DNA of 64,000 nt, taken from positions 17,484,001 through 17,548,000 of the forward strand of contig NC_043023.1 of the NCBI RefSeq assembly GCF_006345805.1. Direction: 5' to 3'. Each line of letters starts with the position of its first letter. The stretch's first letter is position 1. The stretch is from Octopus sinensis. Taxonomy: Eukaryota. A program made the translations under genes and the position numbers. Below are positions 51,871-64,000 of this stretch, in pieces. Under the pieces are notes generated by a model, which ran no database searches, was not told the DNA's origin, and worked only from the letters and a program-made list of their open reading frames with translations.

Positions 51871-52239
51871 TCCATAAATTCTGCAATATTTTCAAACTTA
51901 ACTGCAAGGCAGTAAATTTCAACAGAGCAACGAAAGTATTACAGAAACTTAATACATCAAATATATTTCAACCAAACTCATATTTATTTCTCTTTACCAT
52001 GGTTACATAATGAAATCCAAATTCCTTATTTACAATTGTAGACGTTAGAGTGTTTGTGTTTGTCAATGAATGAGGAACAGAGAAAATTATCTTCCATACA
52101 ATGGCAACAAGATTACCCAGAACACGAGACAAGATTTCCAACAATTTCCCTCATTCATAAAACTTTAAATACCTTTTACTCACCTTGTGGTGTCAGATTA
52201 TTAGTTCTAGGCACCATAAATAATACTCTATCACACAGG

Positions 52240-52740
52240 TAAATGTTTTGTGAGCAGATAAGTTACAACCTTGAGAGAATGATTTACCACAGATCTGGCA
52301 GCGATCTCTCGCATGAATGCATTTCTATCTCGTTACAGTATTTGTGAGGGTGAATGGCTTCGTACCCAGGGTGTCACATCCACAATCTTTTGACTGTGGT
52401 TTCAATTCCTGGGCTTGTCATTGGGTTCTTGAGCAAGACACTTCATAGCTGATGAGTGACACACTGACACACCTTGCATCTGTCAAGCAATATTGATTTG
52501 ATGGAGGAAGTGAGCTGATGTACAGCACAAACATTTGATCACAATAAACAGATCATCTGTGCAGTCTGTTCAGCAAGGAACTGCAGAGCCCTTGCCTGTC
52601 GTTTACAACAGGGGAACCCACAAGTTATGGTATATTTCTAAGAGAATGATTTACCAGATATCACAGAGACATGGTCTTCTCTTCTGTAAGAATTCATGTG
52701 TTTAGTTAATCACCTTTTCGTATCAATGATTTACCACACT
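52240..52740 (-). pseudogene. Decayed C2H2 zinc-finger fragments
   Basis: 52252-52306 closely matches finger 8 of the gene at 53293-53340; further GAGAATGATTTACCA finger remnants near 52640-52740. Confidence 0.55.
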
Positions 52741-52807
52741 AATCTACTGTTGTGTCTTGGGAGAGTCATTTTCATTTTGTGCCTCATAATGTAACACACT
52801 CACCGGT

Positions 52808-53014
52808 AGCACACCGGGCAAAATGCTTAACGGTATTTCGTCTGTCGTTACGTTCTGAGTTCAAATTCCGCCAAGGTCGACTTTGCCTTTCATCCTTTTG
52901 GGGTCGATAAATAAAGAACCAGTTTCGCACTGGGTCGATATAATCGACTTAATCCCTTCGTCTGTCCTTGTTTGTCCCCTCTGTGTGTAGCCCCTTGTGG
53001 GCAGTAAAGAAATA
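52808..53014 (+). mobile_element. SINE family B
   Basis: Family core and tail. Confidence 0.8.
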
Positions 53015-53174
53015 TATATTTTCCTAAAATTTTCATTGCGTCTTGCAACCTTTTCAATAGTCATGAATCATAAGGCACAAAAAGAAAATGACTCTCCCCA
53101 GACACAACAGAATATGCTTCAACACACAAACTCATATAAAGAATCTTGCAAACCAAATCCAAAAACGAGACACA

Positions 53175-53960
53175 CTAATGTAGTTTTTCTCCTGTATGAA
53201 TACGATTGTGTTTAGTTAAGCTATCAAATCGAGAGAATGATTTACCACAGACATCACAGTGATGTGGTTTCTCACCTGTATGAGTACGCAGGTGAGCAGA
53301 TAAGTTACAACCTTGAGAGAACGCCTTACCACAGATATCACAGTGATATGGTTTCTCTCCTGTGTGAATACGTTTGTGTTTAATCAAGTCGTTACTCCCA
53401 GCAAATGATTTGTCACAGATATCACACCTGTATGGTTTCTCACCTGAATGGATACGTTGATGTCTAGTCATGTGATGTTTCTGAGAAAACGACTTGTCAC
53501 AGATATGACAGCAGTACAGTTTCTCTCCTGTATGACTACGTTCATGAGACGTTAAGCTACAACTTTGAGAGAATGATTTACCACAGATGTCACAGTGATA
53601 TGGCTTTTCTCCAGTATGAGAACGTTTGTGAGAAGCTAAACAATTTGTCGCAGAAAATGATTTACCACAGATATCACACTGATATGGTTTCTCACCTGTA
53701 TGAATACGTTTATGCCTAGTTATGCTATGTCTATGAGAGAATGGCTTACCACAGATATCACAGCAATGATGTTTCTCTCCTGTATGACTACGCTTGTGAG
53801 AAGTTAAGCCACTACTTTGAGAGAATGATTTATCACAGATATCACAGTGATATGGTTTCTCTTCTGTATGACTACGTTTGTGTATAGTTAAGACAGCACT
53901 TTGAGAAAACAATCTACCACAGATATCACAGTGATATGATTTCCTTATTTTCCTTGACAT
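53175..53960 (-). CDS. C2H2 zinc-finger protein, 9 tandem fingers
   Basis: [15 protein letters not shown]..., nine CxxC-x12-HxxxH units with TGEKPY-type linkers; likely ATG at 53960 (ORF caller used an upstream alternative start at 53993). Confidence 0.9.
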   Translation of the reverse strand: MSRKIRKSYHCDICGRLFSQSAVLTIHKRSHTEEKPYHCDICDKSFSQSSGLTSHKRSHTGEKHHCCDICGKPFSHRHSITRHKRIHTGEKPYQCDICGKSFSATNCLASHKRSHTGEKPYHCDICGKSFSQSCSLTSHERSHTGEKLYCCHICDKSFSQKHHMTRHQRIHSGEKPYRCDICDKSFAGSNDLIKHKRIHTGEKPYHCDICGKAFSQGCNLSAHLRTHTGEKPHHCDVCGKSFSRFDSLTKHNRIHTGEKLH

Positions 53961-54683
53961 TGTTTTAGCAAAAATCAAATATTGAAATATCAAACACCAT
54001 TCCTTTTCCTTCTTTCACAAAAATATGGTTCCAACTTTTTTAGTTCATTTCTTACAAACATCTTCGTCGTCTTCGTTGATGCTTGGGGATTCAGCAAGTT
54101 TCTTTTGTAAATCCAACCAACTTTAATTTGTAAGCAAAATCCATTTATAGAAACTCCGGACTGTGGTAGAGGAATGTTGCTATTAATTTCAGTTAAGAAG
54201 CAATATTTCACAGGAATTCCTCATCGATTTATTCCAACATCTTGCTTTGGAATTTAAAAGATGATCGATTCTGATGATGATGCAAACAATTCTTTGGTGC
54301 CAGTGTCTTCGGATGATCTGAGATAATAGAGAAACGACAGCGTAAGATGGAGAGGATGACGAAGATATCAAGATAGAACAGAAGACATTTTACTACACTT
54401 TTATAAAGATTGGTGCAGACATGGCTGTGTGCTTAAGAAATTTCCTTCACACCAAATGGTTTCAGGTTCAGTCCCACTGTGAGAGACCTTGGGTCTGCCA
54501 ATTCAGCTCTGGGTTAACCAAAGCCTTTTCAGTGGATTTGGTAGACAGAAAGTGAGAAAAGGCCCAAGTGTGGGTCTATATTATATTGGAAAAGATTTTT
54601 GTAAAAATTATTTATTATTCAAAAAATCTTAAAAAAACAAAACTACACAAAACGTTCATGTCATTCAGTGTTTCTAAAATGTT

Positions 54684-55948
54684 TATTGGGTTGTCCGGAA
54701 AGTTCTTGCCGATTTTTAAAGGAAAGAAAAAGGTCAATAAATACTTGCCATTACATTTTTAATCAACCAAATATGAACCATTTTGTTGCAATATGCATCT
54801 CCATCTTTCCTTTAACTTGAAAATACCCTCTTCCCAGAGTTGAGGGGGTTTCATGGCAAAGAATTCATCAAGGTATCTTTTTACGTCATCCAAAGAATTG
54901 AAATTTTTACCATTAAGACTATTCTGCAGAGACCTGAATAAGTGGAAATCCGAAGGAGCAATATCTGGTGAATATGGAGGGTGGGGTAACACATCCCAGC
55001 CAAGCCGCAGCAATTTTTGTCTGGTTCCCAAAGAAACGTGCGGTCTTGCATTATCATGTTGGAAAACAACACCCTTCCTGTTGGCCAATTCTGGACATTT
55101 CTCTTGAATTGCTACTTTTAACTCATCCAGTTGTGTACAGTATTTCTCAGAATTAATTGTCTGGTTACTTGGGAGAAGCTCATAGTACAGAATTCCTTTC
55201 CAATCCCACCAGACACAAAGCAAGTCTTTTTTAGGGTGAAGACCCACTTTTGGGGTAGCTAAGGGTGGCTCATGTCGCTTACTCCAGGATCACTTTCTCT
55301 GAACATTTCGGTAGATAATCCATTTCTCATCACCTGTCACAATTTGCTTTAAAAAAAGGTGCATTTTCATTCTGTTTATAAAGCGAATCACAGATGGAAA
55401 TGCGATCCAAAAGGTTCTTCTCACTCAACTCATGTGGTACCCAAACATCGTAGCAATTTGTGTACTCAAGCTTTACCAGGTGCTCATGAACAACAGATTT
55501 TGATAGGTTGTGCAATGAAGGTCATTCTCAATTAATGACTTGATTTGGTCATCATCTGTAGTGGATGGTCTGCCTGATCGCTCTTTATCAATAAGGCTAC
55601 AATCTCCAGCTCAGAACCTTGCGAACCACTTCCGTACAGTTCTTTCGGATAAAGAAACATCACCGTAAACTGCGCATATTTCTTTGATTGCTAGTGAGGC
55701 ATTTTTCCCTTTACGGAAAAAGAAAAAACATCAAGTGCCGAAAATGAACTTTCTTATCTTCCATTTTAAAGGGTTACAGAATTAACACAGGTTATAGGAA
55801 CATAAACCTTCTTCCACGAAAAAATAGCTTAAACTGTGCTCTAAATGGAGGTGTAGTCAAATCCTATTTTATGGACTCAACCATGTTCTAAAATAAGTCA
55901 AAATGTAAGCTAATATAAATCGGCACAAACTTTCTGGACAACCCAATA
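54684..55948 (-). mobile_element. Full-length mariner (DD34D) transposon with disrupted transposase
   Basis: TIRs TTGGGTTGTCC(G/A)GAAAGTT..TGCCGATTT with TA at both ends; WVPHEL, FQHDNARPH and PPYSPDIAPSDFHLF motifs; frameshifts and stops. Confidence 0.92.
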
Positions 55949-56358
55949 GAATAATTTTAAAGAAAATCTGTCTTCAAATATTGTGATTGCATCAAGTACA
56001 AGTTTTGCAAAATACTTTTAAAGATTTACATTACAAAAAGTCGGGACTCTTCTGGTTACGTAACTAAAGTTTGACCGTGATTGCTCCAGTTTTCTTTGTG
56101 TTAAAGAGTAAAGATCGCTGTGCTGCTGGCAGTGTGTACCAAGGCATAACAAAGATCAATGATCTGATTTCTGTGGTCTGAAGGGATGTCAGGTGATGAA
56201 ATTCATTTTTACAATATGGGCCCAGCACCCCACCATGTAGAAGTATGTATGAGAAGATCAAGAAGTTTAAAAAGGGCTGGACAAGCATCATGGAGTGGGA
56301 ACAAGGGGTCCCTCAACCTCCACCACTAACATAGAGATTCAACAAGTTTGAGAGACTG

Positions 56359-56630
56359 TTTTTTTTTTTGTTCCTTCTTGAGCCATTCCTGGCTCATAAG
56401 GGCCGGTTTCCTGGTTTCTTTGGTGTATAAGTTCCCCACCTGGACGGGACACTGGTCCATCACAGGTAAGCTGCAAGATGCAGGAGGAAGTTCACCATTA
56501 CCTTCTGCCAGAGCCACGTGGAGCTTAGGTGTTTCGCTCATAAACACACACATTGCCCGGTCTGAGATTTGAACCCGTGATCCCTCGACTGCGAGTCTGC
56601 TGCTCTAACCAATAGGCCATGTGCCTCCAC
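56359..56630 (-). mobile_element. SINE family C, near full length
   Basis: Head GTGGAGGCACATGGCC, core CCTGTGATGGAC, A-rich tail. Confidence 0.8.
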
Positions 56631-56634
56631 ATAC

Positions 56635-57010
56635 TGTTTTGTTTTTGAGAGCGACCATCCATGAAGTGGTATGTTCTTTGCGAATTAGTCATGGTTCTGC
56701 ATATGAAATCATCCATGACAAGCTTCACATTCATAAACCCTGTGTGAAACGGGGGCCAAAAGACCTTACCAAATGCAATCATGTGGAAATCTGTCAACCC
56801 TTACTTGACTGCTACAGCGATGAGGGCAAAGCATTTTTTGGTGAGAGGAGATGAAACCTGGGTCCATTACTTTGAGCCAGAGTATGGAGGGGAAACACTG
56901 GTAATCACCAGTGAAGGAGAAATTCAAGACTGAACCTTCTGCAGAAAATAGTGATGATAGACATTTCTTGGGAAGCAAAAGGGAACATTACCTGGAAAAG
57001 GGGTCTACAG
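56635..57010 (+). pseudogene. Degraded mariner transposase fragment
   Basis: ISHGSAYEIIHDKL..., GDETWVHYFEPE, KFKTEPSA motifs across frames. Confidence 0.65.
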
Positions 57011-57018
57011 TCACCAGT

Positions 57019-57233
57019 TTAACCCTTTAGTGTTCAGATTACTCTGTTAAATGTAATACTTTTTCACTCAAATTGTTTTGAATTAATCAAGCATTATTTT
57101 ATAGCTTTGGGGTTTCAATGATGTGATTGTTTATTTTTAGACTATCAATGTAGGTTAGGTGTGAGAGGCTGGATCTGGCCAGTTTGTAGAATATTTGAGC
57201 CAGATATGGCCGGTTTAAACACTAAAGGGTTAA
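57019..57233. mobile_element. piggyBac-like MITE
   Basis: TTAA-CCCTTTAGTGTT ... AACACTAAAGGG-TTAA. Confidence 0.75.
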
Positions 57234-57492
57234 GCTAAACTGAAAGCAGTGAAAACTGAGTTTGGAGTTGCTGGGATAGCCTGCATATAATCCAGATGCC
57301 AACCCTTCTCTCAATCACCTGGTGAAAATTCTAATTATAGCAGAATTTGTGAAAAATATTTTCTGGAACTGGAGAGAGGAGTTTCAGAAAATTCACATGA
57401 ACCTACTTTGTTTCTTCATATCTTTTAGAAAAATGGGTCTTCATCAGATACTGTTAAGTAAGAGTCTCAATAAAACCTCAAATCCACTTATA

Positions 57493-58010
57493 AGGTGCAG
57501 GAGTGGCTGTGTGGTAAGTAGCTTGCTTACCAACAACATGGTTCCGGGTTCAATCCCACTCACCTTGGGCAAGTGTTTTTTGCTATAGCCTTGGGCCAAC
57601 CAAAGCCTTGTGAGTGGATTTGGTAGACGGAAACTGAAAGAAGCCCGTTGTATAAATGTATATATATATATAAGTGTGTGTGTGTATGTTTGTGTGTCTG
57701 TGTTTGTCACACTAGCATTGCTTGACAACTGATGCTGGTGTGTTTATGTCCCCGTCACTTAGTGGTTCGGCAAAAGAGACCGATAGAATAAGTACTGGAC
57801 TTACAAAAGAATAAGTCCCGGGGTCGATTTGCTCGACTAAAAGACGGTGCTCCAGTATGGCCGCAGTCAACTGACTGAAACAAGTAAAAGAGAGTAAAGA
57901 GTAAGAGTATAAGTCTTCAGTCGGTCTGAGGCTATAGAAAAGACACTTGCCTGAGGTACCTCCCAGTAGGACTGAACCCAGAACCATGTGGTTCGAAAGA
58001 ACACACTGCT
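57493..58010. mobile_element. SINE A (+) followed by inverted partial SINE A
   Basis: Forward copy to ~57909; reverse head fragment 57910-58010. Confidence 0.75.
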
Positions 58011-58045
58011 ATGCCTGTGAAACAAAAATAAAGGCCATACACACG

Positions 58046-58497
58046 TACGTTAGTTAGTTAGTTAATTTTTTGGCTCAAAAAGCAAAAAGCAAGGCCATGT
58101 AGGGGGACATGGAGTTATGTACAGGGAGGGTGTTCATGTAAAGAGTTCAGGCCATTTCTGGTCAAGAGAGACTTTGAACCGAGCGGTCGTCGGCATCTTC
58201 ACCATCTCGTCCGGCAGCTTATTCCATGGATCCGCAACCCGGATGGAGAAAGCCCGCTCTCCTTCAATTGAGATGAAATCGTCGCAGATAGAGCTTTTCG
58301 GAGTGACCCCGCAGCCGACGCTCTGGAGCAGGAGTGAAGAACAGCTCTTTCGAGAGGTTACACTTTCCGCTTATGATGTTATGAGCAAGAATGAGCAGTG
58401 GCGTTTTTCTAGAGAATAAAGGTCAAGCGTCTTCGGCCTTTCTTCATAAGACAAATTCTTGAGACCAAGAACCATGCGGGTAGCCAGCTATGGACTA
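58046..58497 (-). mobile_element. CR1-type LINE 3' end
   Basis: Reverse copy of the 43790-44114 family with a (TAAC)n tail. Confidence 0.8.
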
Positions 58498-58647
58498 ACA
58501 GACATCACAAACTTTTTCACAATATCAAGTTTCATTTTGTAGATATACATATGATGCGTGTGCGTCCCCGCGAACATTTTTTTCATTATAAATTCTGATA
58601 AAATCGTAATCTACACACTTGGAATGGTTTTATAGCAAATTCCATAA

Positions 58648-59275
58648 CTCTCTCTCTTTTACTCTTTTACTTGTTTCAGTCATTTGACAGCAGCCATGCT
58701 GGAGCACCGCCTTTAGTCGAGCAAATCGACCCCGGGATTTATTCTTTGTAAGCCCAGTACTTATTCTATCGGTCTCTTTTGCCGAACCGCTAAGTGACGG
58801 GGACGTAAACACACCAGCATCGGTTGTCAAGCAATGCTAGGGGGACAAACACAGACACACAAACATACACACACACACATATATATATATACACATTTAC
58901 ACAACGGGCTTATTTCTTTACTACCCACAAGGGGCTAAACACAGAGGGGACAAACAAGGACACACAAAGGGATTAAGTTGATTATATCGACTCCAGTGCG
59001 TAACTGGTACTTAATTTATCAACCCCGAAAGGATGAAAGGCAAAGTCGACCTCGGCGGAATTTGAACTCAGAACATAACGACAGACGAAATACCTATTTC
59101 TTTACTACCCACAAGGGGCTAAACACAGAGGGGACAAACAAGGACAAATGGATTAAGCCGATTATATCGACCCCAGTGTGTAACTGGTACTTAATTTATC
59201 GACCCCGAAAGGATGAAAGGCAAAGTCGACCTTGGCGGAATTTGAACTCAGAACGTAATGGCAGAGGAAATACCG
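58648..59275 (-). mobile_element. Adjacent SINE A and SINE B copies
   Basis: Family A 58648-58910; family B 58913-59275 (two partial units). Confidence 0.8.
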
Positions 59276-60286
59276 AAAAAAATAATGAAAAACGTCTTTG
59301 AATGTGAGAGGGACAATGAAACGACGAAGGTGGTCATGTGATGTGCTGGAAACAACAGCTAAATCTTCCTTGGCCAATGGTGATTAGTAATAACATCGCA
59401 GCACTTGTATCAGAGATAAAAACACAGGGCCACACTTAAGGGTGTTGCATGCGATCATTCGAAGCGTAGAGTGTCCGTCTTACTAATTAATGACCCCGAT
59501 GGTAATTGTGGGGCCTGAATTTACCCCCGTGGGTCTCTACGATATCGTTTCCTTTAATCTGTACAAAGACGGTCAACACATCTTCATCATAACACAAATA
59601 TCTTTTAAATACTTTCTGGAACTATTTCGAAATAAACTTTGTGGTTCATTGCTGAGATCCGTCGAATACTAACGAGAATTATTTTTACTTTTATCTAATT
59701 AAAGCGAAGATCGCCCTAATTATTAATTAAAGATAATTAGTTATAGTAAATAGAAATATCGATCAGAAACATTTAAAGGTTTCCAATTATCAATTTCCAC
59801 CTAAATTTAAGTAAATAATATATAATAGTGTATATATCTTACCTTTTATTAGTATATAAACCCGTATTTGAAGCGATTCTATCCAAAAATCTTTCCTTGA
59901 TCAACAAAAGACACGAATTTTATGGCGCGAACAACCCGGAAGTGATATTTGACAACAGAAATTATAAAACCCGACTCGGAAACACAAATAACGAAATGGC
60001 TTCAATTTCTGCAGAGAAGCTGTTACACAAACAACAAAACATTATTTCTGAAAATTTAGACTTAAAATACACGTTGTTTAAATATACTGTAATTAAAAAA
60101 AAATTTCTAGCAATATATAATCAATGAAGGTACTATTTAAGAAGAGTGGTCCCGATGCGCGCACTCGCGTACACACGCAAGCTAGTCGTGACTAGTCGAT
60201 CCTTACTTTGTGGTTTTGCTTTATTTACTTCGTTAAAAAAAAAACTGTTTACTTCGTGTTTTATTTACTTTGTTTAAAAAAAATTA

Positions 60287-61262
60287 GGATCTTTCGGTTT
60301 GAACGGCAGTTTTTTCTAGCGGTGTCATATGAAATTGTCACCCATAATTATGACCCTAGTATCGATCTATTGCATTTCAATCTGTTTTAGGGTTAGGGTT
60401 AGGGGGAAGGGTATCTTTTTTGGGATCTTTTCGGTTTGAACGGCAGTTTTTTCTAGTGTGTCATATGAAATTGTCACCCATAATTATGACCCTAGGATCG
60501 ATCTATTTCATTTCAATCTGTTTTAGGGTTAGGGGTGGGGGAAGGGTATCTTTTTTTTGATCTTTTCGGTTTGAACGGCAGTTTTTTCTAGTGTGTCATA
60601 TGAAATTGTCACCCATAATTATGACCCTAGTATCGATCTATTGCATTTCAATCTGTTTTAGGGTTAGGGGTGGGGGGAAGGGTATCTTTTTTTATCTTTT
60701 CGGTTTAAACGGCAGTTTTTTCGTAGCGGTGTCAAATGAAAATGTCACCCATAATTATGACCCTAGTATCTATCTAGTGCATTTCAATCTGTTTTAGGGT
60801 TAGGGTTAGGGGTGGAGGGAAGGGTATCTTTGTAACATAATTTCTAGGTAACTAAAAAATTTTAAACTTTGTATACTGGTAGAATGTGTTTATAAAACAT
60901 CATTTTCTCTTGGCTTTATTGAGAAAATTCTATAGTTTGTAAGATATTTCGTCTTTAATTTCTTGCATTTCGGCACTTTTAACCAATCGCTGACCGTCCA
61001 TTGAGGTGAAAGCATTCTGTGCGTCATTAATATGTCCCTCGTTTAAGAACCAGATTGGGTTTATTTACATTTGTGAAGGAAAAAAGATACCCTTCCCCCA
61101 CCCGTAACCCTAACCCTAAATCTTAAAATAGTTGAAATGCAATAGATCGATACTAGGATCATAATTATGGGTGACATTTTCATTTGACACCGCTACGAAA
61201 AACTCCCATTTTCCCTAGCGGTGTCGTATGAAATTGTCACCCATAATTATAACCCTAGTATC
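60287..61262. repeat. GGATC-TIR MITE with four ~135-bp tandem terminal units containing TTAGGG motifs
   Basis: GATCTTT(T)CGGTTTGAACGGCAG restarts near 60287, 60423, 60558 and 60695; inverted copy at ~61080-61205. Confidence 0.75.
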
Positions 61263-61448
61263 TATAACTGTGGCAAACTCCTCCGTGATAAAATTTCAAG
61301 TAGAGTTCAAAATTGTCTTGTATACATTTCTGCCAGTGAAAAAGAGATATTTTACGGTTAATTTCAGTTCAGAAAAAATATTTCACAGTTATTCTATTAT
61401 AGATTTATAAAAAAACAATATAACACCTGTTCTGTATAAACCATTTCA

Positions 61449-62015
61449 GGCTGTGTGGTAAGTAGCTTGCTAACCAGCCACATGGTTCCGGGTTCAGTCC
61501 CACTGCGTGGCATCTTGGGCAAGTGTCTTCTGCTATAGCCCCGGGCCGACCAAAACCTTGTGAGTGGGTTTGGTAGACGGAAACTGAAAGAAGCCTGTCG
61601 TATATATGTATATATAGGCGCAGGAGTGGCTGTGTGGTAAGTAGCTTGCTAACCAGCCACATGGTTCCGGGTTCAGTCCCACTGCGTGGCATCTTGGGCA
61701 AGTGTCTTCTGCTATAGCCTCGGGCCGACCAATGCCTTGTGAGTGGCTTTGGTAGACGGAAACTGAAAGAAGCCTGTCGTATATATGTATATATATATAT
61801 ACATGTATGTGTCTGTGTTTGTGTGTTTGTCCCCCTAGCATTGCTTGACAACCGACGCTGGTGTGTTTACGTCCCCGTCACTTAGCGGTTTGGCAAAAGA
61901 GATCGATAGAATAAGTACTGGTCTTACAAAGAATAAGTCCCGGGGTCGATTTGCTCGACGAAAGGCGGTGCTCCAGCATGGCCACAGTCAAATGACTGAA
62001 ACAAGTAAAAGAGTA
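61449..62015 (+). mobile_element. SINE family A with duplicated 5' half
   Basis: Heads at 61449 and 61617. Confidence 0.8.
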
Positions 62016-62257
62016 CTATTTAAGAAGAGTGGTCCCGGTGCGCGCACTCGTGTACTCGCGCATCCGCGATAGCTAGTCGTGACTAGTCGATCCTACAACG
62101 ACTACCTAGCGAAGTAAATAAAACACAAAATAAATAATTTTTTTACACAAAGTAAATAAAACAAATACAGAGTACGGATCGACTAGTCACGACTAGCTAG
62201 CGCGGATGCGCATGTACGCGAGTGCACGCACCAGGACCACTCTTCTTAAGTAGTACC
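62011..62257. mobile_element. GGTACTA-family MITE
   Basis: Long TIRs ending CTTCTTAAGTAGTACC. Confidence 0.75.
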
Positions 62258-62298
62258 ACCATTTCATTTAATCTTTCGAAGTCGATAAAATTAACGAT

Positions 62299-62702
62299 AG
62301 GCGCAGGAGTGGCTGTGTGGTAAGTAGCTTGCTTACCAACCACATGGTTCCGGGTTCAGTCCCACTGCGTGGCATCTTGGGCAAGCGTCTTCTGCTATAG
62401 CCTCGGGCCGACCAAAGCCTTGTGAGTGGATTTAGTAGACGGAAACTGAAAGAAGCCCGTCGTATATATGTATATGTATGCGTGCGTGTGTTTGTGTGTC
62501 TGTGTTTGTCCCCCTAGCATTGCTTGACTATCGATGCTGGTGTGTTTATGTCCCCGTCACTTAGCGGTTCAGCAAAAGATACCGATAGAATAAGTACTGG
62601 GCTTACAAGGAATAAGTCCCGGGGTCGAGTTGCTCGATTAAAGGCAGTGCTCCAGCATGGCCGCAGTCAAATGACTGAAACAAGTAAAAGAGTAAAAGAG
62701 AG
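62299..62702 (+). mobile_element. SINE family A
   Basis: Full-length copy. Confidence 0.85.
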
Positions 62703-62840
62703 AGTCGAGGTAAAAGAGAAAGTGTTAATATCATCCGATATCCAGCAATAACAGAGAAACTGTATAAGCTAGAGAAGAGAGTCAAACAATTGAAATTTAG
62801 CTGGGGAAATTTCAATACATTTCTCTACTGATTGTGTGTA

Positions 62841-63319
62841 CCGTAAATCCTCGAGTATAATCCGCATTTTCCCCCCAAAATTTAAAGGTCAAAATCCCTA
62901 GTGCGTACTATATACGAGGTTAAAAATGAAGATTATTTTCTAAGCAATGTCCGAGTCTCTATTTGCTGTCCGGCAATGCTTATTCAGACGCAATTTGTGA
63001 TGTCGGGCGTGAAAATACCTTAAGCTAAGCCTGAAAGCAATGAAGTCATAAAAGAATCATCCATAACTTGCAGTAATCAACATTTATTAAACGTTATTAC
63101 TGTTATTTCTTTATTTTCTGCAAACAAAATGCACAAAAAAAGCTACACGTTTGCATTATGATATATATACAATACTAATAAAGGACGTTACCGTATACAT
63201 TTTATATAGACCTCCTTGACTCAAGTTAGAGAAGGGGTGCGTATTATACACAAGGTTTAGGTTTTTCAGAGGTACAGCCCGTTAAAAATCCCCTACGTAT
63301 TATACTCGAGGATTTACGG
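62841..63319. mobile_element. Tc1/pogo-type MITE
   Basis: TIR CCGTAAATCCTCGAGTATAAT / ATTATACTCGAGGATTTACGG, preceded by TA. Confidence 0.7.
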
Positions 63320-63867
63320 AGGTTACAAACATTAATGTGAACAACTGGAATTTATCTTGAAAACTACGCGCCTTCACTAGTCAGTAAAGGTGAGACAGTG
63401 TCACGTGACAACTTGCTGGGCCTGCCTGCTGGAGCCTAGCGGCAGGTATTTAAAGGGTAAAATTTGACAAGTCAAACAGTCACCGGCTGACACTCGCTGA
63501 CGATACATCGAAGAGGCCAGGGAACAGAAGGAAGAAGACATGCACCCAACACCAGAGCTGAACACACACCCGGAAGATGGGGGGTCACGCCACGTCAAAA
63601 CGGTAGAGGGGTAGGGGCCGAAACCGGACGTGGTTCTTCCTGATGATGTCTTGAGCTAACTGGATCCTATAAAGGAGCTGTTGTGGTAGCAGACCACGAA
63701 ACACGGTTGTATCATGTGTTGTCTACATATTTACAGACCTCAGCTACACCTCTATAATGTCTAAAACCTTTCGTGTAAAACTACAAAGAAATTGACGATA
63801 ACACTTTTACAATACAGTAAAGTGTGAGTGTAAATCTATCTCTAGCAGACGGAGCAACTTTCTAAAG

Positions 63868-64000
63868 CAGTGATTTTCAAACTTTTTGCTGGAGCGGAAC
63901 CCAAAAGGAAACATTCCACTGGCTCGAGGAACCCCTGTGCAATAATTTAATAGTCTTATGCACACATATCTGCACAGGAGAATTAAAAATTACTGCCGAT
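63868..64000. mobile_element. hAT-type MITE (runs off the window end)
   Basis: Close match to 16340-16480. Confidence 0.8.

Noticed and set aside
45392-53000. Histone H1 gene
   Set aside because: No Lys/Ala/Pro-rich ORF with a globular H15 domain in the ORF track or by inspection.
53990-54371. Short minus-strand ORFs upstream of the zinc-finger gene as an N-terminal domain
   Set aside because: Not in frame with the finger ORF, and I could not support any splice sites or known domain.
59828-60127. 99-aa ORF in AT-rich unique sequence
   Set aside because: No recognisable motif, splice context or start context.
60360-60830. Interstitial telomere
   Set aside because: Only 2-3 TTAGGG units at a time, embedded in a MITE-derived repeat.
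63620-63712. GAAAC and CTGATGA motifs suggesting a hammerhead
   Set aside because: Stems I and II cannot be formed consistently in any topology I tried.

Overview
AT-rich, intron-containing animal genomic DNA. The repeat landscape, (TA)n/(TG)n fields, tRNA-derived SINE families and [11 protein letters not shown]-type C2H2 array point to a cephalopod, probably Octopus; this is inference and no search was run. Contents: (1) the last 7TM-coding exons of an adhesion-type GPCR (1.9-8.2 kb, +); (2) one replication-dependent core-histone quartet in two divergent pairs (H4<- ->H3, H2A<- ->H2B), each gene with a 3' stem-loop, no H1 seen; (3) a head-to-tail array of three L1/Tx1-clade non-LTR retrotransposons (two full-length ~5.3 kb, one 5'-truncated) between H4 and H3; (4) a 9-finger C2H2 gene; (5) dense SINE, MITE, mariner, Helitron-like, CR1 and RTE debris. 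Main finding: each Tx1 copy ends at the same ~16-bp sequence (AGTCATTAATCTGATA), which is the H4 leader 8 nt before its ATG. This suggests a sequence-specific retrotransposon that repeatedly targets the H4 transcription start, in sense orientation, and could use the histone promoter. Supporting findings: an abundant SINE shares its 3' tail with this Tx1 element; the H4 3' stem-loop cassette is triplicated; and there is a minimal hammerhead ribozyme with a compensatory U3-A8 core. Caveat: the many single-base indels in the Tx1 copies may be long-read consensus errors. Coordinates were counted by hand and repeat edges may be off by a few bases.
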